A stretch of 64,000 bases of DNA from contig NC_043005.1 of the NCBI RefSeq assembly GCF_006345805.1, positions 99,634,001 through 99,698,000 of the forward strand. The letters are read 5' to 3'. Position numbers and translations under genes: made by a program. This document shows positions 1 to 11,759 of this stretch, one piece after another; position 1 is the first letter of the stretch; every line of letters starts with the position of its first letter. The DNA is from Octopus sinensis. Taxonomy: Eukaryota. The notes beneath the pieces are model-generated. The model made no database searches and was not told where the DNA came from. It saw only the letters and a list, made by a program, of their open reading frames with translations.

Positions 1-177
1 AAAGGCAGTAAAGGTTATTCATTGAGCCCCATTACCCCTTACTGGAAACAGGAAAAACAGACTTTTGGAATATTATCTATTATGATGGCCAGGTTATTTA
101 TTATTACAGCAACAAAGTCTACCTGCAACACTTCTCAGTCTATTATCACTGCTTTGAGGTCCCAGATTTATTCGAGG

Positions 178-777
178 CCAGATGTGTGAAGAAGTGCCAC
201 ACCCAAACAGTGGAAAGAATCTGGAGTAGGAGTAAACCCAAGAAGACATGGAATGAGGTGGTCAAGCATGACCTTTGAGCGTTGAGCCTCACAGAGGCAA
301 TGACAAAAGACTGAGACCTCTGGAGATATGCTATGACTGCGAAGACCCGGCAATTAAAGTGAGTTCACGGCTGTTTCCTACACCAGTTTCTCATAAGCAG
401 CCCCAGCCCATTCAAAAGTACCTTGGATTGTTGGGTGACCTGCTGTGCTTGAGGAGACCTATTGAGTCAAGTACATCAACATCAAAATGAAGATCAAATG
501 GAAATTGTAGTTGTGATATCCCTGCCGGTGGCACGTAAAAAGCAGAAACCGATCGTGGCCGTTGCCAGCCTCCTCTGGCACCTGTGCTGGTGACATGGAA
601 AAAGCAGCCACTACACTCACAGAGTGGTTGGCGTTAGGAAGGGCATCCAGCTGTAGAAACACTACCAGATCAGACGAGCCTGGTGCAGCCTCCTGGCTTC
701 CCAGACCCCGGTCGAACCGTCCAACCCATGCTAGCATGGAAAATGGACATTAAACGATGATGATGATGATGATGATG
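178..777 (+). mobile_element. 5'-truncated RTE LINE 3' end (degenerate RT C-terminus, 3'UTR, (GAT)n tail)
   Basis: 178-360 aligns by eye to 62270-62460 (gtgtgaagaagtgccacac...gtcaagcatgacc...gaagacccggca). It is followed by the family 3'UTR ending ccaacccatgctagcatggaaaatggacattaaacgatgatgatg. Confidence 0.85.
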
Positions 778-1560
778 AGTGTTTGCAATCAAGTTGTTTA
801 TGTGTGGTGATGTTTTCCTCTGCTTACATCACCACAAAGTGGGTTCCACAAGACTAACTTGGATGCTCCCAGCTTAGGTTGGTGCACACAGTGACCACAT
901 AGTCGCAGCCATCTTTCTGTGATCTTGCTAACTTTCGACAGGTCTCCATAAAGGCAATTCCTTTGTCACATGTTGCTGCCATTTCACATTTAGAACCATA
1001 TGTAGCATTCTTGTGTAGCATCCATTCAGCTCATTTGATCATTTTTTCTCCATATTTCATTGCCATATAACAGCACTGATTCAACAGCTGCAATGAACAG
1101 CTTCATTTTGACTTGCCTGAGCAATTTGGTAATCCAAACTTTCTTTACATTGTGACAGGCTGTCCATGCCTGTGTCTTCCTGATCTTGATGTCTGCTTCC
1201 AAACTGCTAACCCAACCACCTAAGTACTTGAAGTCTTCAGCAACATTCAATTTGGAGCCACTCAGAGCAAACAGTTCAACATCACTTGATTGGTTGAAAG
1301 ACATGTATTCCATTTTCTTAATGTCCTATATTTGCAACGGCTGCTTCTACTCTGCTGAACAGCTGTTTAGCTTGATCTATCAGATATGAGTGATCTATTA
1401 GATGAGAGTGATGAATCATCTTCGAAGTCCAGGTCGGTGATGGTTACTGCTGACACTCTCCATGATCATTGCTGGTCGATGATGAAACCAAGGTCTCTGT
1501 CACAGTCGTCTATTGGATTATGCATTGTGCAAGCATATCTCCTTGTAGCACTCCAGCTAG
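778..1560 (-). mobile_element. RTE-X-like LINE, 3' half of RT ORF (decayed)
   Basis: Minus-strand translation across stops and frameshifts: LAGVLQGD...TDLDFEDD...EDFKYLGGWV...KMKLFIAAVESVLLYGNEIW...GCYTRMLHMVLNVKWQQH...LRLCGHC, all typical non-LTR RT and C-terminal motifs. Confidence 0.85.
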
Positions 1561-1803
1561 TCATCATCATCATCATCAACATCATCATCATCATTGTTTA
1601 ATGTCTGCTTTCCATGCTGGCATGGGTTGGACGGTTTGACTGAGGAATGGTGAGCCAGAGGCTGCACTAGGCTCAATCTGGTCTGACAAAGTTTCTACAG
1701 CTGGATGCCCTTTCTAACACCAACCACTCCAAGAGTGTAGTGGGTGCTTTTTACATGCCACTGGCACAAAGGCCAGTCAGGCAGTTCTGGCAGCGACCAC
1801 ACT
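1561..1803 (-). mobile_element. RTE LINE 3' tail copy
   Basis: (ATC)n followed by gtttaatgtctgctttccatgctggcatgggttggacgg, the reverse complement of the family tail. Confidence 0.85.
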
Positions 1804-1814
1804 CATGTTTGCAT

Positions 1815-2297
1815 TAGAAAGAATTCAGAGTACTGGCTCCTGAAGTTATCAAGAAGTGCAATATGGGTGAAATAATACTGGATTTTGTGAATAAGCTCTT
1901 ACAGATCCAAGAAAGTCCAGATCAGTGGTCCAAGATTAGCTTGATACCAAAGCCAGTCAGGAAACCTCAGCAATGAAACTAACTATGGAGGAATTGCACT
2001 GTCCAATATCTCACTCAAAGTCATCAACTGAATGATCCTCAACAGGTGCTTGATAGCCATTTAAGACCAAATCAAAATGGATTTAGACCAAGGGGAGCCA
2101 CACCTCAGATTTTAGCTCTAAGGCATATCATAGGAGTTAAATCAAGACTGCTACCTGCCATTATAACCTTTGTGGACTTCAGCAATGAGTTTGACAGCAG
2201 CCATTGTTACAAAACAGTGATGGTCCTTTAAGTATATTGCATTCCAGAACTAGTTCTTGCTATTGTGAAGACCAGAACTCATGTTGTCATCAGATGG
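1815..2297 (+). mobile_element. RTE-X-like LINE, 5' half of RT domain (inverted relative to 778-1560)
   Basis: PEVIKKCNMGEIILDFVNKLL...DQWSKISLIP...NYGGIALSNI...HLRPNQNGFRP...QILALRHII...IITFVDFSNEFDS, corresponding to RT subdomains 0-3. Confidence 0.8.
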
Positions 2298-2505
2298 ACC
2301 ACACACAGAGGGGACAAACAAGGACAGACAAATGGATTAAGTCAATTATATCGACCTCAGTGCGTAACTGGTACTTATTTAATCGATCTCAAAAGGACGA
2401 AAGGCAAAGTCAACCTTGGTGGAATTTGAACTCAGAATGTAGCAGCAGACAAAATACTGCCAAGCATTTTGCCGGGCATGCTAACAGTTCTGCCAGCTCA
2501 TTTGC
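2298..2505 (-). mobile_element. tRNA-derived SINE family A (Meta/MESC-like central domain)
   Basis: Reverse complement of head gagctggcagaa..ttagca, B-box-like gagttcaaattcc and central gactttgcctttc(g)tcctttt..gatcgattaaataagtaccag. Confidence 0.85.
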
Positions 2506-3317
2506 TCGTTTCTACCTGTCCCGTTTATGTTGGAATTTCACAAACTTTGTCAGGATTCTCCCTATTTTTTTCATGCATTGCAAAACAAGGGGAAGCCTTT
2601 TTAAAACAAAAGTTTTAAAAATCCATGTCTTTTCAATGTTTGTCTCTCCCCTCACACAAACAAACTCATTGTACCTTTGGAACAACAACAACAACAACAA
2701 CCACTAAAATGATATGTTTTGCCTTTTTGTAATTTTCTGCTATTTTATTGTATTCTACATTCAGAAACATTTGTGATTCCTGTCAAAGAAAATAAATCTT
2801 ACACCCTCTACCCTCCTTCGTTGTACTTTTCACAATGAAGGAAAAGTCAAACACTGCAAATGAATGTGTGAGAAAAAAAAATTGAATTTTGGAAAGTGTA
2901 TTTATAAAGCACCATGTTCAGTCATTTATTTAAACTTTCTCTACTAATTCATCAAATATAATTAAATGCAATAGATGGGCTTTGAGATAGAAATTTTCTA
3001 ATTCTGCAAAATTTTAATACTTATGCATGTGGGAGCCCACTGAATTTAAAGTGCCCCCACATGCATGCATGCAGGTAGGTAGGTAAGTATGTAAGTAGGC
3101 AGGTAGGTAGGTAGGTAGGTAGGTAGGTTATTATTCAGTTTAAATTCAAGATTTCTTGTCAGTAGAGAAAGAGCTGGTTGCTGGAATTTCAACATCAACA
3201 GGGTATTTTTACGTTTTTGTGTATGTGTGCAGTATTTGAAGTCAGTGCATGTACAGATTTGTAGGTTTTGTTTTATGTATGTATTCTTATGCATATAGTT
3301 GCATGACTAGACATGCT

Positions 3318-3490
3318 ATATTAAAATGCTAAATTCTGGAAAGTTTTACAAAATTTTACACTTCCATTGATGGCTTGAATCAGTAATCTTTGAATTAGCT
3401 TTCTCCTCTCTGGTTTCAAGGAGCCTGGTTTCCCAAAATTGCTGTTTAGACAACTCGTTACATAGCCCAGTGCCCCAATATTTACAGATA
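3318..3490 (-). mobile_element. R4/Dong-like (RLE clade) LINE C-terminal remnant
   Basis: VNIGALGYVTSCLNSNFGK...LIQRLLIQAINGSVKFCKTFQNLAF* resembles the IGALG...LQ..A..G..KI.KTF end of RLE-clade ORFs. Confidence 0.55.
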
Positions 3491-3494
3491 TAAA

Positions 3495-3870
3495 CCTTTT
3501 ATTTGTTTCAGTCATTTGACTGCCGCCATGCTGGAGCACCACCTTTAGTTGAACAAATCGATCCCAGGATTTATTCTTTGTAAGCCTAGTACTTATTCTA
3601 TCAGTCTCTTTAGCCAACCCACTAAGTTATGGGGATATAAACACACTACCATCAGTTGTCAAGTGATGGTGGTGGTGTCAAACACAGACACACAATCACG
3701 CATAAAACGGGCTCCTTTCAGTTTCCGTCTATCAAATCCACTCACAAGTCTTTGGTTGGAGTGAGGCTATAGCAGAAGACACTTAGCCAAGGTACCATGC
3801 AGTAGTACTGAACCCAGAACCATGTGGTTGTTAAGCAAGCTACTTACCACACAGCCACGTCTGTGCCTAT
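3495..3870 (-). mobile_element. CORE-type tRNA SINE family B (OR1/OR2-like)
   Basis: Reverse complement of head ..gtggctgtgtggtaagtagcttgc, core accttgg..aagtgtcttct..tatagcc and tail ggtgctccagcatggc..cagtcaaatgactgaaacaaataaaa. Confidence 0.85.
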
Positions 3871-3998
3871 GTATGTATGCATGTATACGTTAGTATGTAC
3901 GTATAAATGTATACACACATATATCCATACGTATACATACATACATGTATATATCATATTTATATATATGTGTATATGTACACACACACATGTATATA

Positions 3999-5250
3999 CA
4001 GTGTCTCCAAAAAATGTATACATCCTTTAACAGCAATTTTTATTTAACTTTAGATTTAACGCAGTAGAAATAATGAAAGGAGGCAAACTAAACCTAAACT
4101 TTGAACCAAGGAAGTTTTTCTTCCAGTGATACTGAAAGTTTGAAAATGCAGTTGGGATGTATAGAGAGTGGGGTTGCAAGGGTCGTAGGAGAGAGTTTCA
4201 AACAGATTTTCATATGTGACTTCAATTTGTCAGATTAGAGACAAGTTTGAAACAGAAAGAACTGTATAGAATATCCACAGGAAACATTCTCAAAGACTGT
4301 GGACAGTGGCAAGGAACACAACACAAGAAAGTTCACAAGAAACATATGACCAAAATTCATGAGAATCTGCATGGCAATTGCAGAGTTGTGAAACAAGAAT
4401 TTCAAGATCAGACACCATTGCATTTTGGTGTGCTGTTATTGGAAAAGCTACTCAAGAGTAAACCTTTTCTACTCAAGGCACAAGGTCTGAAATTTTGGAG
4501 GAAGGGGCCAGTTGATTAGATTGACTCCAGTATGCAACTGGTACTTAATTTATTGACTCTGAAAGGATGAAAGGCAAAGTCGACCTCAGAATTCCAAGAA
4601 TAATCCATGATTTCAATGAAGATGATAAAACCAAAATGGGGAGTTCTGCGAGTGGTACTTGGCAAGATGTGCAGAAGATACACACTTTCCAATGAAGAAT
4701 GTTTAGAGTGATGAAGTACATCTAAATAAAACAGCTCAATTAATCATCACAAATGTACCAACTTGGGACTAGAGAATCTGTATATTACAGAAGAACATTG
4801 TATTAATTTATTGGGAGTTACAAAATAGGGTGATTTGGAGTTTTATTACCAGCAACATGGGGCACTCTTGTGCTACCATAGTAACGTAAGGGCCTACTTT
4901 CATGAGATTTTGCCAAGCAGGTGAATTGGACAAAGTAGTTCTGTAGAATGACCTCCATATTCATCAGATCTCAAACCACTAGCTGCTTTTTCTGGGGATA
5001 CTTAAAAGCTAAAGTTTATATGACAATACCAACAACAGGCAATGGGCTGAAGGCAAACATTGAACGAGAATCCACACAAAAACTGAACAAAATGGTTTTC
5101 TTTGTTTGCAATTCTTTTACTTTGAATTATCAACAATGCCTGGACCTGAAAGGTCAGCAGTTTGAAAACAGGCACAAACAGGCATAAAAAAAATTCAATT
5201 CTGTCTGTACATTGTATTAAATTTGGAGAATGAAATTTATTTTAATAAAC
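3999..5250 (+). mobile_element. Decayed Tc1/mariner-superfamily transposon (DUF4817-type HTH) with SINE-A insertion at about 4475-4592
   Basis: Begins ta|CAGTGTCTCCAAAAAATGTATAC. Translation gives KFENAV..RREFQT..IRDKFETE and FFWGYLKAKVY..PTT..LKANIERE. The right TIR is not recognisable. Confidence 0.75.
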
Positions 5251-5373
5251 ACTGACATTATAATCACTCAAGGTATGTATGCATACATAGTTTTGGGATA
5301 TGAAGTATATAATGTGTATATATATATATATATATACACAGCACATTCATCTTTGTTCTATGTATGTGTATGC

Positions 5374-5405
<32 letters not shown>

Positions 5406-5440
5406 GTATATATATGCATATGTACATATATACATACAAA

Positions 5441-5478
<38 letters not shown>

Positions 5479-6439
5479 ACTGAATAATTGTGTATATGCA
5501 TGATCATCTTTTTCTGTAGATATATATATGTGTGCATGTGTGGGTATATATGTATGTGTGTGTGTGTGTGAATATGTATATGTGTGTGTACATATTACAA
5601 TGAGAATTGCTGTTTTACAGATATATTGAAAATAATGAATTCACTCTTTGTCTTTCTGTATATGTGTGCATGCATAAGAGCATATATGCAATGAGACACA
5701 CACATATATACATAGGCACATGCCTCAATAGCTACACATCAAGTTTATAGCTTTTGTTACATATTTCAAACTATTTAGGAAGGAGTTTGATGTAATAAAC
5801 AGGGGAATGGTTTTCTGAAAAATCTGCATTTATAAATGAGAGAATTAGATATAAACCAATGGATTTTCAATAAGTTATTTGCTTTGATACGATACTGCAA
5901 ATAGATACCTTTGTATCGCAGAATTTCTAAAACATCTCTATATTATTACTCGTTTATGATGTTTTTTGTTGCATATTTTTTCCGTTTATTTGATTGTTTT
6001 TTCTTAGTTTTTCATTGAATTTCCAATATACATTTATAGGTGTGGTAGACAGAAGATAATAAATCAGAAATAAGGTTACAAGTTGCTTGAAAGTTCTCGT
6101 TGAGGCAGAAAATTTTATTGTTATGACTAAATCACTCATCTATGGTATTTTATTGTTCTGCCTTCTCATTCAGATCATGCATTTTTCACAAAATACTAAC
6201 AACCACAAACATAGAATCTCACTTTTATAAATTGATCTTGTTCAAGAGCCAATATTTATTTCGGTTCCCTCGTAGCTCGAAATATGCTATTATACTTCCA
6301 AATTTATCGAAACATTGACTTCTAAGTATACCTATGAAATCACCTTTTGCAGAAGTCTACCTTTCTTTCTTTCTCCCTACCTTTTTTTCTTCTTTATAAA
6401 CACACATACACATACATAATGTCTATTATATATGTGCAT

Positions 6440-6482
6440 TTACATGTATGTATGCATGTGTGAATATATATATATATATATG

Positions 6483-6575
<93 letters not shown>
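6440..6575. repeat. (AT)n microsatellite, representative of dozens of (AT)n, (CA)n, (TATG)n, (TATC)n, (ATT)n and (GAT)n tracts across the window
   Basis: Directly visible; these tracts account for most YI/IY/HT/CV-rich ORFs in the track. Confidence 0.98.
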
Positions 6576-6652
6576 TGCAGTTGTTGGGGATGGCAGTTTG
6601 TTTCAATCAGAAATATTTGCCAGAATTTTTGGCATTAATATTTTCCATACAA

Positions 6653-6683
<31 letters not shown>

Positions 6684-7556
6684 GTGATGGTGATGATGAT
6701 GATGATTTCTTTATTTTACACCCAAAGTATACTAACATAAGTCATTCAGGTGACCATTTAAAAAAAAATATTATTTTCAAATATATTATTTTTAAGCAAC
6801 CTTGGGTTTGAAGTGGAGGTCATCCAAATTCACTTTTTTTAAAAATTATTTATATTATTTTTCTATTATTTTTCAGCAATGCCTGTCATTAGGCAAGTTT
6901 AGTATTTCTTAATGTCATCATATATTCTAGAGACTTCCTGTATATTTACCTGAATCATTTTATTTTTATTCCTTCCATTGTTACAAGGATTTATTTTATA
7001 GACTTGAATCAATCTCAATTTTTAGTAGAAACAAATTTTTCTTTTAAATCTCTCCTATTTCTAATGCTTTTGCTCCATAATATTCTACTGCAACAATCCC
7101 ATGTTTACCTTCTAAAATTGCTATCTACTTCATGAAAAGAAAAAATATGGCCTTGTGGTCCATTTATGATTAGGATTTAGATATTCTTCTATTTTAGCAT
7201 CGGTTATCATTTGAGATTTTTTTTTTCTTTCTCCCTTTCCATTTTATCTAAGCTGGAAGTTAAGGTTTAATATTGTTTCTCCGATGTAGTTTCACTCATA
7301 AATCTCAGTCTAGTGCTATTCAAAAACACGATACTTAAATTACAATGATTGTCATTTTATGAAGCAGACTCTACAATAAAATAAAATCAAAAGCAAGTTT
7401 GGTGCCTTTTTTCTCAATATATTAAGCCTTTGTCTCTGTCTCTCTCTCTCTCTCCTTTTCTCTCTGGTGAGTAAATATTCTTTTTCATATCAAATTATTT
7501 GCATACACACCATTTGTTTTTCTATTGTTCTTGTTTTCTCCACAAATATTTATCAG

Positions 7557-7687
7557 AATCTTTCTTCACTGATCTGGTGCTCCCCAAGAGAGATGGTAAT
7601 ATTGAATATGACAACATTATTGATGTATTTATGAAGAGAATAACTTCAGAAGCTCTGTTTAGGGAAACAGGCTATCAGTACCAGTGA
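7557..7687 (+). CDS. Putative terminal coding exon (phase 1) of an unidentified host gene, with a degenerate EF-hand-like loop
   Basis: Pyrimidine-rich acceptor ttgttcttgttttctccacaaatatttatcag| precedes (E)SFFTDLVLPKRDGNIEYDNIIDVFMKRITSEALFRETGYQYQ*. Sequence is non-repetitive, DGNIEY resembles an EF-hand loop, and AATAAA lies just after the stop. A possible upstream 16-nt GC-donor exon at 6877-6892 is phase-compatible but weak. Confidence 0.6.
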
Positions 7688-7691
7688 TCAA

Positions 7692-7697
7692 AATAAA
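7692..7697 (+). promoter_or_regulatory. Candidate polyadenylation signal
   Basis: AATAAA immediately 3' of the stop codon at 7685-7687; this hexamer is common in AT-rich DNA. Confidence 0.3.
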
Positions 7698-8302
7698 TAT
7701 TTTTTGAAAGGATTACCTGGCATTTTGTCAAGTAATATTGATGATACAGTCCCTTCCCCCACCACACCTACAAATAGTCACACTCATACACACATACACT
7801 GTCAAAGCAATAGGAAACAGTCACATAATATTGATGAAAGAGTATCACACACACACACACACACACTGTTGAAGCAACGGGAAACAGTCGCATAATCAAT
7901 TAATATGACAGACACATCGCTCATTCAGCTTGTTCTTTTACTCCATAAAATAACAGCAAACTCATTGCACTGTTGACAAAACTGAACAGCTTTTAGTAGA
8001 CAAATTCAATAAATGTCTATCTTGAAGGCCTTGAGATATTAAATGTGTTACTGCAGTGCTACAAAGTTGGTAAAAGACTATTTCTCAATCGTTCACACAG
8101 ATATCAATTTAGATTCTTCTTCTTCTTTATTACACTCTCGCATTTCTCTTCTGACTGCAAGCCTCAAGCAGCAGCATCACCTGCCAATAACTGTGGCAGA
8201 GAATGTCAGACTAGTTGTAGATTAAGAACATAACTCTTGAAATTATGGAAGGAAATGAAACACTTGTGATGTGGTAGATTTCAATAATTACTCGGTAATT
8301 AT

Positions 8303-8438
8303 TACAGGTGAAAAATGTAAAATGTGTCACCTGATGATGCAAGTGTAAATGTAAAATATGTCACTTGATTATACAGGTGTAAAAGTAAAATACATTACCT
8401 AATGGCACAGGTGTAAATTGAAAAAAAATGTCACCTGA
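8303..8438. repeat. 4 x 34-35 bp minisatellite with internally palindromic E-box pairs
   Basis: CAGGTG-like motifs at 8305, 8340, 8374 and 8408, each followed about 18 nt later by a CACCTG-like motif. Confidence 0.8.
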
Positions 8439-8639
8439 CTATGACTAGATTTGAATGTTGGTTGTTTCATTACTTATAAATGAGACACAAATACAAGAAG
8501 ATAGAATAGAGAGGAAGATAAAGAGACTAACAGAAAAAAAAAGAATACAAAACTATTCTATGTAATCAGGAGAAACATGTCTTAAGGAGAGAAATCTTGA
8601 CAGGTAAAAGACACTGAATAAAATCTAAAGACACAGCAA

Positions 8640-8950
8640 GTCATGGTTGCTGTATCGAAGGTGGTGAGTGTTGGGCTCACAGTCATGAGTTCAATTCCTG
8701 GTCTGGGTCGTATGTTGTGTTCTTGAGCAAGACACTTTATTTCACTTTGTCACTGGTACCAAACTGTATTGGTGTTTGGCTTTCCCTTGGATAACATCAC
8801 TGGCAGGGAGAAGGGGTGCTGCTATGTTTGGGAGACTGCTGGTTTTCCATATACAACCCAACCCAGATTTATGCCTCAGAGGCGAGCTTTTTAGGAGCAA
8901 TCCCATGGTCATTCATGACCGAAGGGGATCTTTATCCTTTACTCTCAAGG
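8640..8950 (+). mobile_element. tRNA-headed SINE family C (other copies at about 16475-16745, 21280-21420, 47465-47800)
   Basis: Shared gagttcaattcctgg..gtgttcttgagcaagacactttatttcac and tail catggtcattcatgaccgaaggggatctttatcc. Confidence 0.75.
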
Positions 8951-9672
8951 TATATTTACATATTGAAAATGGTACTCCCTGGGTATATTAACGTATTGAA
9001 AATGGTACTCCCTGGGTATATTAACATACTGAGGGTGGTACTCTCTGGGTGTTACCTGGTCTGATAATCATTCATAAAATAAATATTTCATTGCTCGTTG
9101 CCCATCATCATCATCATCATCGTTTAACGTCCGCTTTCCATGCTAGCATGGGTTGGACGATTTTGACTGAGGACTGGCAAACCAGATGGCTGCACCAGGC
9201 TCCAATCTTGATCTGGCAGAGTTTCTACAGTTGGATGCCGGCAATAATATTCAAACTAGTGGTTTTGAAATCTTTTGTATTTCTTGAAGTAATTTCTGTT
9301 TATAAATGGAACCAGTTCCTACACCTCACCATTTATTTTCTGCATGCTATTTATAAAATGTTATTTATTAGATGCAGACATGGCTGTGTTGTTAAGAACT
9401 TGCTGCATGGAGCCTGGGGCAAGTGTCTTTTACTATAGACTCAGGCTGACTGATGCCTTGTGAGAGAATTTGGCTGGTAGAAACTATGGGGAAACCTGTC
9501 AGATGTGTGTGTGTGTTTGTCTTTGTTTTTAAGTTCTTTGCTCACCATTTGACAACAGGTGATGGTTTGTTTAGATCCCTTAAGTCAGTGTTTCTACAAA
9601 AGAGGGCGAAATGAAGAAGTTCCAGGCTTAAAAAGGAAAATAAATACTGATGTTAGTTGATTTGTTTGACTG

Positions 9673-10035
9673 AACCCTTCTAGTTGGTGACCCAGCATGG
9701 CTGGAGAAAGGGGCAGTGCTTAAAGCCTTTGCTGGTCCTTTGAGACCAAAACATTTATTTTTCTCCTTTTCCTTGTTTTTTTCTTTTTGTTTCTTTACTG
9801 ACAATTCAACAATGAAATAGACGTCTCAACTAAATTGCTTCACCAGTTAGAAATAGCAGCTAGCTTCCTCCATCTTAAAAAAAAAAGAGGGAAGCAGTAA
9901 ACAATGTAGTCCTAGATACACAAAAAGACAGGATGGATAAAGATTGAATGCCTTTGTTTAGGTCTCAAAGGGCCTGCAAAGGCTTTAAGCACTGCCCCTT
10001 TCTCCAGCCATGCTGGGTCACAAACTAGAAGGGTT
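9673..10035. repeat. Inverted repeat, about 74-bp arms with 3 mismatches, about 213-bp spacer
   Basis: 9673-9747 acccttctagttggtgacccagcatggctggagaaaggggcagtgcttaaagcc...gagacc is reverse-complemented at 9961-10035. Confidence 0.95.
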
Positions 10036-10376
10036 TATTTGGTCAGTGCTGACCTGGGGTCAAACAGCAACAACAACTCTGAAGTAAAAGTAGAATCTGT
10101 TCATTGTGGCCAGTTAGGGGTAAACTGTGAGGCATTCTCAATGACATCCCTAACAAAAGATTATCTCCTATCTTTTTAGTAGTGCTGCCTGCCCCACTGT
10201 TCAGCCTTATCTCTGTTGCATGCTTCTCAGAAAAGGTGGCTCATGCCTTATTTACGCAAACTGTATGACACAAGTCTTCTCCACTCTGAGAATACAACAC
10301 AATCACTTAAGTAATGTCTGAACTGATGACATTGTTATCATTAATCAAGCAACATAACTTCACTACACATATGAAC

Positions 10377-10891
10377 TACCATAAATCCTTGAGTATAGTC
10401 CGCTCTTGAGTATAATATGCAGGGGATTTTTAGGGGGCTGTAACTCTGAAAAGCCTAAACCTTGTGTATAATATGCACCCCTTCTCTAACTTGAATCAAG
10501 GAGGTCTATATAACGTCCTTGGTTTGTAAAACTGTATACGGTAATGTCCTTTATTATTATTGCATATATAACATAATGCAAACGTGTAGCTTTTTGTGCA
10601 TTTTACTTGCAGAAAATAAAGAAATAACAGTAATAATATTTAATAAATGTTGCTTACTGCAAGTTATGGATGATTCTTTTAAGACTTCATTGCTTTCAGG
10701 CTTAGCTTAAGGAATTTTCACGCCCTACATCACAAAATGCGTCTAAATAAACATTGCTGGACAGCTAATAGAGACTTGGACATTACTTAGAAAATAATTA
10801 TCATTTTTAACCTCGTATATAGTACTCACTAGGGATTTTAACCTTTAAATTTTGGGAAAAAAATGCGGATTATACTCGAGGATTTACGGTA
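10377..10891. mobile_element. MITE with about 30-bp TIRs and TA flanks (Tc2/pogo-like CCGTA termini)
   Basis: Left taccataaatccttgagtatagtccgc versus reverse complement of the right end taccgtaaatcctcgagtataatccgc. Confidence 0.85.
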
Positions 10892-11759
10892 TGTCAAAAT
10901 AAATCTGAATTGATATAAGAATCAATATTTACAGATATTGGGACAGACAGAAGGGATGACAGGGGACTGAAACTGTTGGCAGTTTGATGGGCTCAAAAAG
11001 ACACAACAAGCTAAGTAAAAGTGGGGCTACCCTTGCATACAGGCTCACTCCCTGCAACCCTCTCCAGCTGAGTATCCCTAATTTTGCGGGTTCATAGGTG
11101 CTGGTGCCATGTAAAAAGCACTCAGGTTGGTGCTGCATAAAAGTACACAGTACACTCTGTAAAGTGGTTGGTATTAAGAAGGGCAGCCAGCCATAGAAAC
11201 TATGCCAAAATAGACATGGAACCTGGACAGCCCCTCAGGTGGACAGCTCCTGTCAAACTGTCCATTCCATATTTTCATGGAAAATGGATGTTAAGTGATG
11301 ATGATGACTTAGAACAAGATTTGGTTAAAATGTGACGATCAAAGGTAAGAGCTCAATTTACCTGTCTGTTATTCGGCTGTTGATTACAGGTAATATTCTT
11401 AGCTAACTGGCACAAGATTTTACAGTTTTGGAAAGTGTATAATTGATTATGCTGAATCCAAGGTTTGACTGGTACAAATTTAGTGATTGTGGAAGGTACA
11501 AAGTCAAAGTTGAACCTGGTAAGATTTGTTCTCAGACTTTAATGGGACATAACTAAATACTAAAAGGCATTTGGTCTATTATTATACCTACTCTGCTAGT
11601 CCACCATTCTGATACTCTACCAGTTCTACAATTTATTGCCCTGATGTTCTATTTCTACCATCTACTGTTTTAATGCTATACAAATTCCAACATTGACCAC
11701 CAGGATGCTCTGCCAATTCTACCGTTCTCTGTTCTTGTGCTCTATCAATTTTGTCATCC

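Noticed and set aside
1-189. Open frame from the window start (KGSKGYSLSPITPYWKQ...)
   Set aside because: No recognisable motif, no good donor, and it runs into the RTE copy.
555-600. gccagcctcctctggc resembles the HDV ribozyme P3/L3
   Set aside because: No compatible P1, P1.1, P4 or J4/2 could be placed; it is a simple hairpin of the RTE 3'UTR subunit.
5230-6811. Long ORFs rich in YI/IY/CV/HT here and throughout the track
   Set aside because: These are translations of (AT)n, (CA)n and (TATG)n microsatellites with no coding signature.
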